Source: Candidatus Scatovivens sp. | GTDB lineage: Bacteria; Bacillota; Clostridia; TANB77; CAG-508 | Assembly (NCBI GenBank): GCA_045646345.1 | Contig: JAZRKN010000015.1 | Coordinates: 192,001 to 256,000, forward strand | DNA length: 64,000 nucleotides | Direction of reading: 5' to 3' | Shown here: positions 29,957-41,224 of the stretch, piece after piece | Layout: each line of letters opens with the position of its first letter | How positions within the stretch are numbered: position 1 is the stretch's first letter | The notes under the pieces: generated by a model | Seen by the model: the letters and a program-made list of their open reading frames with translations, nothing else | Told to the model about the DNA's origin: nothing | The model's database searches: none | Made by a program: the position numbers and the translations under genes

Positions 29957-30412
29957 TTACACCTCTATTTTCCTTGTAAATATTACTAAAAATATTATTA
30001 ATAAAATTGTTCCAATAACAACTAAACAATCTGCCATATTAAAAAGTGGAAAACTAAAAACTTTTATAAAATCTAATACTGCACCTCTAAAAATTCTGTC
30101 TAATAAATTCCCTATTCCTCCACCTAATACCATTGAAAGAGCAACTGCTGTTTTGGTATCTATTAATTCTATTTGGTTTTTTATAAATCTAATTACAATA
30201 AATATTACAAATATCATTAGAAAGATATTTTTTGTATTACTTCCATCATTGAATCCCCATGCTAGTCCCGTATTATTTGCAATTTGAAATCCTACGTTCC
30301 CATATAAAACTTGTCCATCAACAAATTTTGTAATTAGTATTTTACTTAATTGATCTAATATTACTAATATTGTTACTAAAACAATAATAAGTCTTATTTT
30401 TTTATTTTTCAA
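29957..30412 (-). CDS. lspA: Lipoprotein signal peptidase II
   Basis: [34 protein letters not shown]. Confidence 0.93.
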   Translation of the reverse strand: MKNKKIRLIIVLVTILVILDQLSKILITKFVDGQVLYGNVGFQIANNTGLAWGFNDGSNTKNIFLMIFVIFIVIRFIKNQIELIDTKTAVALSMVLGGGIGNLLDRIFRGAVLDFIKVFSFPLFNMADCLVVIGTILLIIFLVIFTRKIEV

Positions 30413-30444
30413 ATTTCCCCTCCAAAATCGGATATCTTTTGAAT

Positions 30445-32343
30445 TTATCTTGTCGCATCTAAAACTGCTTGTTGAGCTTCTTGTGCAGTTTTTGCAGTTA
30501 ATCTTTCAAATATAACAAAATAATCATCTCTGTAAATTTCTTTGTACTCTGCATCTTCTTCTAATCTTTTTGCTAGTTTTGAATTATCAAACAAAATAGC
30601 ATGAGTTACATCATATTCTTTAAATTCTCTTTTATAATCTAAAGATAATCCTGCAATATCTAATGCATCTGAGAATATATCTCTACCATCATATTCTTTT
30701 GTTTCTTTATTATATTCTCCGTTAAATTCTGGTGAATATAAATCACATCTAGAATCTATAAATACTGGTACTCCTCTAAATACAAGGTATGCACCATAAT
30801 TATATTCGTTATATGGTCTTATATTTTCAACATCTAAATTTTCTAAAATCCAAGTTGCTGCATCTACTGGATATTCAGTAAAATCAACAAAATTTTCTCT
30901 TAATGTCGGTTTAATTAATCTTGTACACCATATAATACATAAACAAATAACTACAGTTGCACCAAACCAACCAGCAATCCACTTTTCAATTTTCTTGAAT
31001 GTTTCTTTATCATATTTATAAACTAAACCGCCAATCAATCCTGCTAGTATTGGAACACAAAATAGCGCAAACATTGAAACTTGTCTTCTAGAATTGAATG
31101 CTAAAAATGTTATTCCACCAAGCATAAATACATCTGATAATCTAATTTTTGAATCTGTAAATGTTAATACTAATATATATATAACAAGAGCTACAGCAAA
31201 TTCTGTATTATCTACTAAAGTAAGTGGTAAGTGTTCATTAATTGATTGTGTTGTATTTCCTTGAAGTGTTTTTACTAAATAAGTGTAAGCACCTGTTCCT
31301 GCTGGATTTAAGAATCCTGTTAGAACTGCTATTGCCATTACTGCGATAAGTAATAAAACAACATGATTTTTTTCAGCAATTACTTTGTAAGGATTTTCTC
31401 TTATTTTATTTCTTTTTCTTATTCTTTCATTTTTCTCTTCTTCTACTCTTGCTATTTTTCTATCACAAGCTGCTTTTTTCTCATCAGTCTTTGCAAATTT
31501 CTTTTTAATCATAAATATTCTTCTAAATAATTTATAATCTAAATCTGCATCTTCTAATGATAATAACAGATACTCGCCTATATATGGCAAGAATAAAATA
31601 AAGTAAAATGGAAATACCGCACAGTGTAAATTAGTTATTAAAAGTGGAATTAAAATAAGTAATAATGCAAATCTTAATTTCTTTGTTTCTAAAAACTTCT
31701 CTATTGCAAGTATCGCCCAAACAAATAATATAAATGTCACAAGTTGTGCTCTTGCTGCAACGAAAGATTTTACTAAATACATAGCACCTAAAGTTAAAAC
31801 AAGTGATACTACTTTATCTTTTGATTTTTTATTGCATAGCACATATACTGAAATTCCTAGTATTGCATTTAGAATCATTGTTGAATAAAAAATTCCTTGA
31901 TGCCCAAATGAATTATATACTAAGAAAATACACAAATCATAAAGCCAGTGTGGATAAGTATATGGTAATTCATGCCAAGAATATACATCTTCTGTCAAAT
32001 TAGAAATACCATTATTATAAATATACTCTCCTATTGCTATTGTGTAATAAGTATCATTTTGTAAGCATTTTGGTGATATTGCAGCACAAAACATTGCTAT
32101 ACACAATACAGCAATTATATGAAATATTATTCCATGTCTTTTTTTAAAAAAGGTTGACTCTTTTTTGGGTTCCTCTTTTGCTACTTCTATTATTTCTTTT
32201 TTATCTTCATTTATATTTTCTTCGCTATACGCTTGTTCTTCTTTTGTATCAGCGCTTTCAACGCCTTCTGTTTCTGTTAGAGATTCTGCTTCTTGCTCTA
32301 ACATTTTTTCGTTCTCATCGTTTTCTTGGTTTTCTATTTTCAT
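30445..32343 (-). CDS. Polytopic membrane protein, probable GT-C fold glycosyltransferase
   Basis: [38 protein letters not shown]; about 11 TM helices. Confidence 0.55.
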   Translation of the reverse strand: MKIENQENDENEKMLEQEAESLTETEGVESADTKEEQAYSEENINEDKKEIIEVAKEEPKKESTFFKKRHGIIFHIIAVLCIAMFCAAISPKCLQNDTYYTIAIGEYIYNNGISNLTEDVYSWHELPYTYPHWLYDLCIFLVYNSFGHQGIFYSTMILNAILGISVYVLCNKKSKDKVVSLVLTLGAMYLVKSFVAARAQLVTFILFVWAILAIEKFLETKKLRFALLLILIPLLITNLHCAVFPFYFILFLPYIGEYLLLSLEDADLDYKLFRRIFMIKKKFAKTDEKKAACDRKIARVEEEKNERIRKRNKIRENPYKVIAEKNHVVLLLIAVMAIAVLTGFLNPAGTGAYTYLVKTLQGNTTQSINEHLPLTLVDNTEFAVALVIYILVLTFTDSKIRLSDVFMLGGITFLAFNSRRQVSMFALFCVPILAGLIGGLVYKYDKETFKKIEKWIAGWFGATVVICLCIIWCTRLIKPTLRENFVDFTEYPVDAATWILENLDVENIRPYNEYNYGAYLVFRGVPVFIDSRCDLYSPEFNGEYNKETKEYDGRDIFSDALDIAGLSLDYKREFKEYDVTHAILFDNSKLAKRLEEDAEYKEIYRDDYFVIFERLTAKTAQEAQQAVLDATR

Positions 32344-32531
32344 AGCGTCCTCTTCTCGTATTAATATTGATTGGATTATATCAAATAACGAAAAAAAAAT
32401 ATATAGTTTAATCAAAAAATTCATACAATTTTCAAACAAAAAGAAAACGCCCATATACCAACCTCTGTTAGCACATGAACGTTATATAATTTGCTAAAAT
32501 CTATATAAAAATAATTTATATACTAGTTATT

Positions 32532-33197
32532 CTAAACAACCTCTTCAGCTTGGCTTTCAGTTTCTTCTTCGTTTACAATTTCCATACTTGCAATTGAAAC
32601 TTCATAAGCAACTCTAGTTTCTGTAGTTCCATCTTCATGTTTTTTCTCATAAGTTCTTGATTGAACTCTACCTGTAATTTTAACTTCTGTTCCAACTTCC
32701 ATGTTTTGGCAGAATCTAGCGTTTCTTCCCCAAGCAATACTTGGTATGTAATCTGATTTGTTATAAGCTCTATTTACAGCTAATAATACGTCTGCAATTT
32801 CTCTTCCAAATGGTGTTTGTCTGTAGATTGGTTTTTTACATACATAACCCACTAAAACAACTTCATTTGTTACTTCATCTTTATCTTCTTCGCCTTCAAC
32901 TTCTTGAATTTCTTTAGCGAATACTGTTAAGATTAATCTGTTTCTTTCATTTTCGTAGTTGTTATAAGATCTAAATTGTCCTTCTACAACAACATTTTTT
33001 CCTATTTCTAGGTTTAATCCTGTTAATAATCTTTCTGATATTGTAATTGGAATAATATCAACTGTTGAACTTAATCTAATTACTTCTAGATTAAAAACAT
33101 AAAATTTTTCTCCGTATATCTCATGACTGTAACTTCTTTCACTTACTATTTTACCTCTTAATACTAAGTGATTGTTTTCTGAATAATTTGTATTCAA
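32532..33197 (-). CDS. ssb: Clostridial double-OB single-stranded DNA-binding protein
   Basis: GQFRSYN, YRQTPFGREIADVLLAVNRAYNKSDYIP, GRVQSR. Confidence 0.92.
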   Translation of the reverse strand: MNTNYSENNHLVLRGKIVSERSYSHEIYGEKFYVFNLEVIRLSSTVDIIPITISERLLTGLNLEIGKNVVVEGQFRSYNNYENERNRLILTVFAKEIQEVEGEEDKDEVTNEVVLVGYVCKKPIYRQTPFGREIADVLLAVNRAYNKSDYIPSIAWGRNARFCQNMEVGTEVKITGRVQSRTYEKKHEDGTTETRVAYEVSIASMEIVNEEETESQAEEVV

Positions 33198-33446
33198 TTT
33201 TAAATCCTCCTTAAAATTCATCTACTGTATTCTTCATATAATGTGTACCTCTAATTTCGTTTTTTTCCCTAAAAACAATTCAATTATAGCACATTTTTTA
33301 TCCTTTGTCTACATAAAATTGTAAACTTTTCCGATTTTTGTAATATTTTTGTAATATTTTTTAATCTTTTTGCGCTTATTATCTGCATTTAATCGTTTTT
33401 TCATTATTTGTAAACTACTTTTTTGTTATGTTAATTATACTTATTA

Positions 33447-34811
33447 TTAATTATTATCTAAAACGTACTCTTTAAAAAGCTTACCTCTTTCTTCAAAGTT
33501 TTTGAAGTAGCCGTAGCTAGAAGCTGCTGGTGATAAAAGACAAATTGTATTTGGTTTAGTAACTTCTTTTGCATATTCTACAGCATCTTTTAATTCTTCA
33601 AAAAATACAATATTTTTATTTATTCCATCTAAACCTTCTTTAATATATTCTCCAGTTTTAGGAAGACATATTATATTTTCGATTGTTTCATGATTTCTTA
33701 AAAATTCTATAAGAGAAGTTAAATCTATCCCCCTATCATTTCCACCTACCAAAATTGTATTTACTTTGCCAAGAGCATTTACTGCATTAATAGTAGATGC
33801 TGGAATTGTAGCAATAGAATCATTATAATATGAAACATCATTTATTGAAGCTACAAACTCCATTCTGTGTTCTAAAGGTTTAAATTCTTTCATAGAATTA
33901 ATTGCTTTATAAAAATCTAAGTTTAAAATATCACAAGCAGATAATATAAACATCATATTGTTTATATTATGCATTCCTTTTAAATTCATTTCTTCATTTA
34001 TATTCATTAACTTTTTATCATTAATATAAATAAAATCATTTTCAATATATACATTATTCTTTTTGTTTGGTTTTGTTTCCAATGAAATTGCATAATCATT
34101 TTCTTTATAATTGAATCCAAAATTTTTCATATTTTGATTATCCCAATTATAAATTAGATAGTCATTTTCTCCTTGAAATTTTGCAACATTAAATTTAGCT
34201 TCAATATATCTTTCAAAAGATTTATAGTGATCTAAATGTTCTTCATAAATATCTAAAAGAATAGCAATATTAGGTGATTTTTTTACAAACTCTAATGCAT
34301 GTGATGAAAGTTCTAAAACAACTATGCTATCATCTTGAATTTCTTCAATATAATTAAATATAGGTTCTCCTATATTTCCAAGTAAAAATGTATCTTTACC
34401 TTGGTCAAGTAATACTTTATACATTAAAGAACTCGTTGTACTTTTTCCTTTTGTTCCTGTAACACCAATTTTATAAACATTAGTATACTCTAAAAATAAT
34501 TCTAATTGACTTGTTATTTTATTTTCTATATTACTTAAATCAACATCTTTTAAAGAAATTCCTGGAGCCTTTATTATTAAGTCATATTCTTCTATACCAT
34601 TTAAGTAATTTTCACCTAAAGATACTTCTAAATATGGATCTTCCATTAATTCTATTTTTTCATTTAATAAGTTCATATTTTTATCTGCAATAAATAAATT
34701 TTTCTCCGGAAAGTATTTTCTTAATAATTTGTAAGAAGATTCTCCTTCTCTTCCAAATCCCAATATAAGTATTCTTTTATTTTCTAAATAATCTAGTAGT
34801 CTTTCTATCAT
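33447..34811 (-). CDS. murD: UDP-MurNAc-L-Ala--glutamate ligase (MurD, probably MurD2-type)
   Basis: GFGREG, GTKGKSTTS, ELSSH, EEHLD, HRME, NDSIAT, SPAASSY; adjacent to murL. Confidence 0.9.
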   Translation of the reverse strand: MIERLLDYLENKRILILGFGREGESSYKLLRKYFPEKNLFIADKNMNLLNEKIELMEDPYLEVSLGENYLNGIEEYDLIIKAPGISLKDVDLSNIENKITSQLELFLEYTNVYKIGVTGTKGKSTTSSLMYKVLLDQGKDTFLLGNIGEPIFNYIEEIQDDSIVVLELSSHALEFVKKSPNIAILLDIYEEHLDHYKSFERYIEAKFNVAKFQGENDYLIYNWDNQNMKNFGFNYKENDYAISLETKPNKKNNVYIENDFIYINDKKLMNINEEMNLKGMHNINNMMFILSACDILNLDFYKAINSMKEFKPLEHRMEFVASINDVSYYNDSIATIPASTINAVNALGKVNTILVGGNDRGIDLTSLIEFLRNHETIENIICLPKTGEYIKEGLDGINKNIVFFEELKDAVEYAKEVTKPNTICLLSPAASSYGYFKNFEERGKLFKEYVLDNN

Positions 34812-34835
34812 ATAAACTCCTTGCTTAATAACAAA

Positions 34836-35009
34836 TTATTTTGTAATAACTGGTTTTCCTTCTGCATCTAACAATACAGTTAAACCGCCAGCATATCCTG
34901 AATGTCTAAATATATAATTTACACCAGTTTCTTTATCTCTTAAAATTTCAACAGTATTTATAGCACCTTGTTCATAAATTTTTTCAAATCTTTCTTCTTT
35001 TCGTCCCAT
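34836..35009 (-). CDS. DUF6440-like small protein (57 aa, not in ORF track)
   Basis: AAGGAG RBS; EILRDKETGVNYIF..GYAGGLTVLLDAEGKPV. Confidence 0.8.
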   Translation of the reverse strand: MGRKEERFEKIYEQGAINTVEILRDKETGVNYIFRHSGYAGGLTVLLDAEGKPVITK

Positions 35010-35028
35010 ATCTTTACTCCTTATATTT

Positions 35029-36390
35029 TTATTTTAATTTTTCTTTTAATTTTTCTTTTAATATTCTTTCAAATTCTTTTGGAACATTATGTTCTTCATT
35101 ATAATATTTTAATAAATCTTCGTTTGAAAGTTCATAATTTTCTTTATAGTATTTTAGTAAATAAGGTAACACTTTATTTTCTTTTTCTAATTTATTTATG
35201 GTCTCAGAAATTGCGAATCTTATTTCACTATAAGTTCCTACACATTCAAACGGTTTTGTTTCTCCAAATCCACAAAGTTCTATAAATGTTTTTAATAAAG
35301 ATTCTTTTTCATATAAATCTTCACCAAATATATTTACTAATTCCTCTTTATATAAAAATGGACTTAGTATTGTATAAACAAATAAACATTTTGGACAATC
35401 GCAGCACCATCTCCATGGTTCAGATTTACTTCCAACATTACAACTTTTAAAAATTGAATGATATTCTTTTAATCTAGAAAACATCATTGCAATTTGAAGT
35501 TCTGATACCGGTCTTAGCATGCTAAAATATTCTACTTTTCCTTTTAAATACTTTTGGCTATACTCTCTAAAATCATTTTCAAATTCTATAGTTTTTGAAT
35601 ATTGATGATTTATATTTTCTCCGTCAACATTAGATTCATTTGCACTTGCCTCATTAGATAACGCTACATATTCTTTTCCTAGTAAATATGAACATAAATA
35701 TGTTAAAAATGCAACCATAGCTGAAAACGGTGTATGACCATTTAAAAAGCCTTTTGAATTTAACTCAATTAAATTCTTATCTATTACTCTTTTTACTTCT
35801 ATAATTTCATTCTCGCTAAATCCTGCCGCCTTTGCACAATCAGTTGAGACTTGATTTTTACCAATTCTAAATGCTAATGTTTTATCTTTATATTCTTTTA
35901 ATAAATCTAAAGTAACATTAGAATCTTTTCCCCCACCAACAGGAATTATTATTCCTTCTAATTTATCGGTATTTTCTTCAATTTCTAAAGTTTCACCTTC
36001 AGAGATAAATTCTAATAATTCATCTTCTGACACATTTATATTATTTACATATCTAAATTCACCTAAACCTAGATAGAATAATTTTTTAAACCATTTTTCT
36101 TGAAAAGCATCTACTTTTCCACATTTTATAACAAACTGTGGACTACAAGTAGCTTTAAAATAGCTTATTGCTTCAACCATTCCTAGATTAAATACCATAT
36201 TTTTCACCAAATTAGAATTTATATTTTTAAATTTAAATTCTTTTTTTAATATCTCTACTCTAGGATTAAATTTAGTTAAATTTTCAATCTCAAAATCATA
36301 TTTAATAATAATGCTATTTTCTTCTTCAGAAATTTCGTAATTATTATAAATAAATCTTGGATATTTAATTCTTAACTCTTCAAAATTCAT
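35029..36390 (-). CDS. murL: UDP-MurNAc-L-Ala-L-Glu epimerase MurL-like
   Basis: GLGEFRY.N, PVGGGKDS, NGHTP, SNEASA, NHQYSK, SCN, WCCDCPKCLF, KPFECVG. Confidence 0.85.
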   Translation of the reverse strand: MNFEELRIKYPRFIYNNYEISEEENSIIIKYDFEIENLTKFNPRVEILKKEFKFKNINSNLVKNMVFNLGMVEAISYFKATCSPQFVIKCGKVDAFQEKWFKKLFYLGLGEFRYVNNINVSEDELLEFISEGETLEIEENTDKLEGIIIPVGGGKDSNVTLDLLKEYKDKTLAFRIGKNQVSTDCAKAAGFSENEIIEVKRVIDKNLIELNSKGFLNGHTPFSAMVAFLTYLCSYLLGKEYVALSNEASANESNVDGENINHQYSKTIEFENDFREYSQKYLKGKVEYFSMLRPVSELQIAMMFSRLKEYHSIFKSCNVGSKSEPWRWCCDCPKCLFVYTILSPFLYKEELVNIFGEDLYEKESLLKTFIELCGFGETKPFECVGTYSEIRFAISETINKLEKENKVLPYLLKYYKENYELSNEDLLKYYNEEHNVPKEFERILKEKLKEKLK

Positions 36391-36420
36391 AAATAAATTT
36401 ACCTTTCTTATAAAAGTCGC

Positions 36421-37026
36421 TTATTTTGAAAATTCCCCAATCTTCATTCCATAAGTGATTGAATCTGTTTCAATAATTACATATGTATAATATTTACTTT
36501 GGGAATCTTGTTTTACATACAAACATTTATCTTTAGCTGCATCTATTTTTGTGTACCCTTCTTTTGTCTCAAGAGCATTTTTATATAAATCTATATCTGA
36601 TTGCATTAATCTGTCATAATAAATTTTTATTATTGTAGAATTTAAAGCTGCGACATTATCCTCTTTTGTATGAATATAATTTGTTGCATTTCCATATTTG
36701 GTATATTTATAAAAAGTAGGAATCTTTGCTCCACCACTAAATGTTATATCTGTAAATGTTGAATATACATTTAATAATTTTGGATCACTATACGAAAATT
36801 TTGATTCTTCTTGTAACTTATTATCTTCGTGCACTTCATTATAAAATGCTTTTTCAATTTCTTCTAAAGATATTTCATTTTTATCAACTTCGTTTTCATG
36901 CACTGTTGTGCCGCTATAATAAAAAAGAGCAATACATACAACAATAGTTGAAATAAAATCTATCATTTTGTTTTTTCTTCTTTGTTTTTCAGATACATTT
37001 GTTGTATCAAACAACTTTCCAAACAT
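36421..37026 (-). CDS. Membrane-anchored hypothetical protein, paralog of 37058..37660
   Basis: TM helix; shared G..IPT..KY, D.YK..L....GYT, YV.Q....YVIIE. Confidence 0.75.
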   Translation of the reverse strand: MFGKLFDTTNVSEKQRRKNKMIDFISTIVVCIALFYYSGTTVHENEVDKNEISLEEIEKAFYNEVHEDNKLQEESKFSYSDPKLLNVYSTFTDITFSGGAKIPTFYKYTKYGNATNYIHTKEDNVAALNSTIIKIYYDRLMQSDIDLYKNALETKEGYTKIDAAKDKCLYVKQDSQSKYYTYVIIETDSITYGMKIGEFSK

Positions 37027-37057
37027 ATTTATACCACTTATCTTTCGTATTTTTATT

Positions 37058-37660
37058 TTAAAACTTATTTATTTCTATGTTTGCTACTGGATCACCATAT
37101 GATATACCAAAAGTAACATTACATCCTTCTATAATTACATATGAAAAATAACCATTTTTTTCTTGTCTTACATAAACAAATTTATTTCTAAGATTTTGAT
37201 GCATTAATCTTGTATAACCATCTTGTTTAACAAGTTCTGTTTTATACATATCAACACATAAATCATTTATATAAACAAATTTTACTACTGGAGACTGTCT
37301 TGCAACAATATTATTCTCTCTTGCAGTATCATATGAAACTATGCCATCAACTTTTTTATATTTTCTTAAAGTAGGGATATTTATTCCATTATCATATTTT
37401 ATTTCTTCCATATTCTTTACATCAACATATTCATCATCAAAGTCATAGACTAAAACTACTTTTCTGTTATTTTCTTCAATTTCTTTAGTCATTTCAATTT
37501 TATTTTGTTCATTCTCTACTATCTCATTACATTTGTTATAAATTGTTATAGCCGAATTAACAATATATATAATTATTAAAACTTTAATAACTGTAATTAT
37601 TAATCGTTTCGACGATACCTTTTTATAATCTTTAATTGGTTCATTTTCTTTATTCTCCAT
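37058..37660 (-). CDS. Membrane-anchored hypothetical protein, paralog of 36421..37026
   Basis: As above. Confidence 0.75.
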   Translation of the reverse strand: MENKENEPIKDYKKVSSKRLIITVIKVLIIIYIVNSAITIYNKCNEIVENEQNKIEMTKEIEENNRKVVLVYDFDDEYVDVKNMEEIKYDNGINIPTLRKYKKVDGIVSYDTARENNIVARQSPVVKFVYINDLCVDMYKTELVKQDGYTRLMHQNLRNKFVYVRQEKNGYFSYVIIEGCNVTFGISYGDPVANIEINKF

Positions 37661-37802
37661 AAATTTCCCCTTTTAATATTTTTCAACAATCAGTATATCA
37701 CTTAACAGATTATCATTCAACTTATTAACAAAATTTAAAGAATTTTCATAAGATACAATAAGGACATTTGTCTTAAAATTTTTTCGAAAGGAATTTATAG
37801 AT

Positions 37803-38261
37803 ATGGAATTTGATAAAAAAGTTATTGTTGATGTTGATGGAGTTATAGAAACAGGAAAACAATTTGATTTAGATTTAAAATTACCTGAAGATAATAGAAA
37901 TGTAGTATACGGAATAATAAAAGATTGTGAAGGAAAACCAGTTGTTGATGCTGTTGTAAAATTAGTCGAAGTATGTAAAGACGAAAGAAAACCAGTTACT
38001 CACACATTTACTGATAAAGATGGTGAATTTGTTTTTGGTCCTCTTTGCCATGACAAATCATATGCAATTGAAATCTGGGTTAATAGAGTTAAACATGTTA
38101 AAATCTGCAAAATTTGCGAACGTGAAGGAAAATGTTTAAAAGGAATTGATTTTGATTGCGAACCTCACTATTTTGAAAAAGATGATTGTTGTCACAAAGA
38201 ACACGAGCATAAAGATAAATTCGAAGAAAAATGTGATTTAAATTATGATGAAAAAGAATAA
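37803..38261 (+). CDS. Carboxypeptidase-regulatory-like domain protein with Cys/His-rich tail (possibly spore-associated)
   Basis: VYGIIKDCEGKPVVDAVVKL, THTFTDKDGEFVFGPL; CCHKEHEH tail. Confidence 0.6.
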   Translation: MEFDKKVIVDVDGVIETGKQFDLDLKLPEDNRNVVYGIIKDCEGKPVVDAVVKLVEVCKDERKPVTHTFTDKDGEFVFGPLCHDKSYAIEIWVNRVKHVKICKICEREGKCLKGIDFDCEPHYFEKDDCCHKEHEHKDKFEEKCDLNYDEKE

Positions 38262-38295
38262 CAAAATAAGCCCCCAATATAATTGGGGGCTTATT

Positions 38296-38439
38296 TTACA
38301 TTGACATTTTTACTTTTTTAGCAATTTGTTTTCCTTTTTTCATCATTCTTTTCTTGTTCTCGTCAATACCTTCAGAATACATCATCATAGTACCTGCTGT
38401 AATTAAGCTGCCGATTACAACACCTTTCATAAAACTCAT
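38296..38439 (-). CDS. Small membrane protein (47 aa, YtxH-like N-terminus; not in ORF track)
   Basis: MSFMKGVVIGSLITAGTMMMY...KKRMMKKGKQIAKK. Confidence 0.65.
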   Translation of the reverse strand: MSFMKGVVIGSLITAGTMMMYSEGIDENKKRMMKKGKQIAKKVKMSM

Positions 38440-38467
38440 ATTTATTTTCCTGCCTTTCTTTATAATT

Positions 38468-38857
38468 TCAATATTTATTATTATTCTCTTCTTTTCTTAT
38501 TCTATACTGTTTTACTAAAGAATAAATTTCAAACGCTGCGATAAAAAGTAAAAAAATCCCAAAATATTTTTTTAAACTTTTACTATCAAATTTAAATGAT
38601 AACTTACTTCCAATTATTGCACCTATACATCCAAATATACTTATAATAAGTGCCATTTTATAATTAATCGTTTTATTTTTTATATTCATATATATTGCTG
38701 TAATAGAAGTTGGTATAAAAAATATTAAATTAGTCCCTTGAATTAAATGTTGATCAAGGCTTGAAAATATCCCAAGTAATAAAATTAAAACTGTCCCACC
38801 ACCCATTCCAAGCGCTGCAACAGTTCCTGATATTGTTCCAATTAAAATTTCTTTCAT
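38468..38857 (-). CDS. TauE/SafE (TSUP) family half-transporter
   Basis: LGMGGGTVLI, QGTNLIFFIPT. Confidence 0.85.
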   Translation of the reverse strand: MKEILIGTISGTVAALGMGGGTVLILLLGIFSSLDQHLIQGTNLIFFIPTSITAIYMNIKNKTINYKMALIISIFGCIGAIIGSKLSFKFDSKSLKKYFGIFLLFIAAFEIYSLVKQYRIRKEENNNKY

Positions 38858-38867
38858 ATATTATCTC

Positions 38868-39248
38868 CTAAATTAATATAATCATTTTTATTCCTGAATA
38901 AATCAAAAGTACAATAAAAATAATTTGTAAGATTTTTTTATCAAGTGTTATAAGCAATTTAGAACCAAGTACTCCTCCTATTATCCCTCCTATAGATGCT
39001 TTAACAGCCACATACCAATCAATTGAATTCTCTCTATAATAAAAAATAGAACTTATTAAAACCATACAAAATATACAAAGAATAGTAGTCGCTCTTGCTT
39101 CAACTTCTTCTTTTTTCAAAACTAATGTTAAAAATGGAACTAGTATCATTCCTCCACCAGCGCCAAAAAATCCACTTACAATTCCTGCAGCGATTCCTGC
39201 AATTGCATATAAAAAAATACTCTTATTCATAAGAGTATTTTTTAACAA
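38868..39248 (-). CDS. TauE/SafE (TSUP) family half-transporter
   Basis: AGIVSGFFGAGGGMILVP, ARATT. Confidence 0.85.
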   Translation of the reverse strand: MLKNTLMNKSIFLYAIAGIAAGIVSGFFGAGGGMILVPFLTLVLKKEEVEARATTILCIFCMVLISSIFYYRENSIDWYVAVKASIGGIIGGVLGSKLLITLDKKILQIIFIVLLIYSGIKMIILI

Positions 39249-39258
39249 TTTTATTTTT

Positions 39259-40500
39259 TTATTCTATATTTTCATCTTTAATAAAGTATTTTGTACCTAC
39301 CATTTTATCTGGAAGATATTGTTGTTCTACGTAGTGACCTGGATAATCATGTGGATATTTATATCCTTCGTGATATCCAAATTGTTCCATCCCTTCAGCT
39401 GGTGCATTTCTAATATGCATTGGTATTGTTCCAGTATCTTTATTGGCTACATCTTCTAACGCCATATTTATTGCATTATATGATGCATTTGATTTTTTAG
39501 AGTTAGCAACATAAATGGCTGCTTCTGATAAAATAATTCTTGCTTCTGGCATTCCTACCATAGTTACAGCTTGCATTGCTGATGTTGCAAGTTGAAGTGC
39601 CATTGGATTTGCTAATCCTACATCTTCTGCTGCTGCAATTACAATTCTTCTTGCTAAAAATACAGGATCTTCTCCTCCATTTAAAGCTCTTGCCAAATAA
39701 AATACTGTAGCATCAGGATCAGAACCTCTCATTGATTTTATAAAAGCACTTATATTATCGTAATGACTATCTCCTGATTTATCAAACATTGCTTTTCTTT
39801 TATTCATACTTTGACTTGCGATTTCATTTGTTATTTCTATAACACCTTCAGCATTCATTTTGGTTGTAAGTACTGCAACTTCCAATCCATTTAATGCTGT
39901 TCTCACATCACCACCAGATACTTCTGCAATTGTTTTTAAAGTTTCATCTGATACTTTGATATTAAACCCACCAAGTCCATCTTTATTTGTTAATGCATTT
40001 TTTAAAACTTTAAAAATATCATCTACTGTTAATGGTTCTAGTTTTATTACCATTGATCTTGATATTAAAGCTTTATTAACTTCAAAATAAGGATTTTCTG
40101 TAGTAGCACCTATTAGTATTACTGTCCCATCTTCTACATATGGTAATAAAGCATCTTGTTGAAGCTTATTAAATCTATGTATCTCATCTATAAAAAGTAT
40201 ACATTTTCCACTTGGATTTAAAAGTGGATTATCAGCTTCTTCTATTGCTTTTTTAATATCACCAACACCTGAAGTTACCGCATTTAATTTTGTAAATTTA
40301 TATTTTGTTGTTTCACTAATTACTTTAGCAAGTGATGTCTTCCCACATCCTGGAGGTCCCCACAAAATTAAGCTAGATAATCTATCAGCTTTTATTGTTC
40401 TATATAGTAATTTATCTTTTCCAACAACATGTTCTTGACCAACAAATTCTTCTAAAGATTTTGGTCTCATTCTATAAGCTAATGGCTTACTTAAGTCCAT
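39259..40500 (-). CDS. rarA: Replication-associated recombination protein A (RarA/MgsA)
   Basis: PLAYRMRP, GPPGCGKT, DEIHRFNK, ATTENP, SAFIKSMRGSDPDA, YPHDYP. Confidence 0.96.
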   Translation of the reverse strand: MDLSKPLAYRMRPKSLEEFVGQEHVVGKDKLLYRTIKADRLSSLILWGPPGCGKTSLAKVISETTKYKFTKLNAVTSGVGDIKKAIEEADNPLLNPSGKCILFIDEIHRFNKLQQDALLPYVEDGTVILIGATTENPYFEVNKALISRSMVIKLEPLTVDDIFKVLKNALTNKDGLGGFNIKVSDETLKTIAEVSGGDVRTALNGLEVAVLTTKMNAEGVIEITNEIASQSMNKRKAMFDKSGDSHYDNISAFIKSMRGSDPDATVFYLARALNGGEDPVFLARRIVIAAAEDVGLANPMALQLATSAMQAVTMVGMPEARIILSEAAIYVANSKKSNASYNAINMALEDVANKDTGTIPMHIRNAPAEGMEQFGYHEGYKYPHDYPGHYVEQQYLPDKMVGTKYFIKDENIE

Positions 40501-40503
40501 ATA

Positions 40504-41169
40504 TTATTTACCTTTCTTTATGCTAAAATTTTTTAATATTTTTATAAATATTGGTATTTCTACAAGAATAACTAGTATAACTTTTAATGCTACACTATAA
40601 TCTCCTTTTTTAAGATGTGCAATAATTGATGAAAGTTCAATTGATATAATTGTCATAAACATTAATGAGAAGATTACTATTATAAATAAATTTGTTAAAG
40701 TAACTTCAATAGTTTCTGAACTATCTTCATCATCTTCTGTATCTTCATCTAATTCATTTTTTATAGGTTCTGAAAAATCTTCTTCAATTGGTTCTTTTTG
40801 CATTGTTTCTTCAAATTCTTCTTGCTTTAGTTTTTCTTCTGCTTCTTTTATCGCTTCTTCTGAAAGTGGTACATCTAATACTATTTTTTCATCTAAATCG
40901 ACATAGTATCCTAATGTTCCATCTTGATCAAATAATTCAATTACTTTATCAACATCAATCATTTTTACGAACACACTTAAAATAAATTCATGTGAGACAT
41001 ATCTTCCTCTTTCACTAATTCTAGGTGTCTCTTCTAATAAAATCAAATAATCAATTGAATTTTCTTTTAATATATCATCAACAATACTTCTTTCTCTTTC
41101 AATTGCTTCGTAATCATTTCCTAACTCTAAAGTTGATTCTAATATTATTCTTTGGTAGGCTACACTCAT
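40504..41169 (-). CDS. Hypothetical acidic membrane protein, paralog of 41225..41818
   Basis: Shared Q.I.L...E...V..I.K...IDY...VK.ID...V..L.D, acidic linker, two C-terminal TM helices. Confidence 0.7.
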   Translation of the reverse strand: MSVAYQRIILESTLELGNDYEAIERERSIVDDILKENSIDYLILLEETPRISERGRYVSHEFILSVFVKMIDVDKVIELFDQDGTLGYYVDLDEKIVLDVPLSEEAIKEAEEKLKQEEFEETMQKEPIEEDFSEPIKNELDEDTEDDEDSSETIEVTLTNLFIIVIFSLMFMTIISIELSSIIAHLKKGDYSVALKVILVILVEIPIFIKILKNFSIKKGK

Positions 41170-41224
41170 ACATTTTCCCTTCTTATCTATAATGATAAGT
41201 CTTTCTTATTTATTACATTTAATT

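Noticed and set aside
38468-39248. Split TauE gene as a frameshift
   Set aside because: Two half-size TSUP genes are normal in Clostridia; the downstream half has its own RBS and start.
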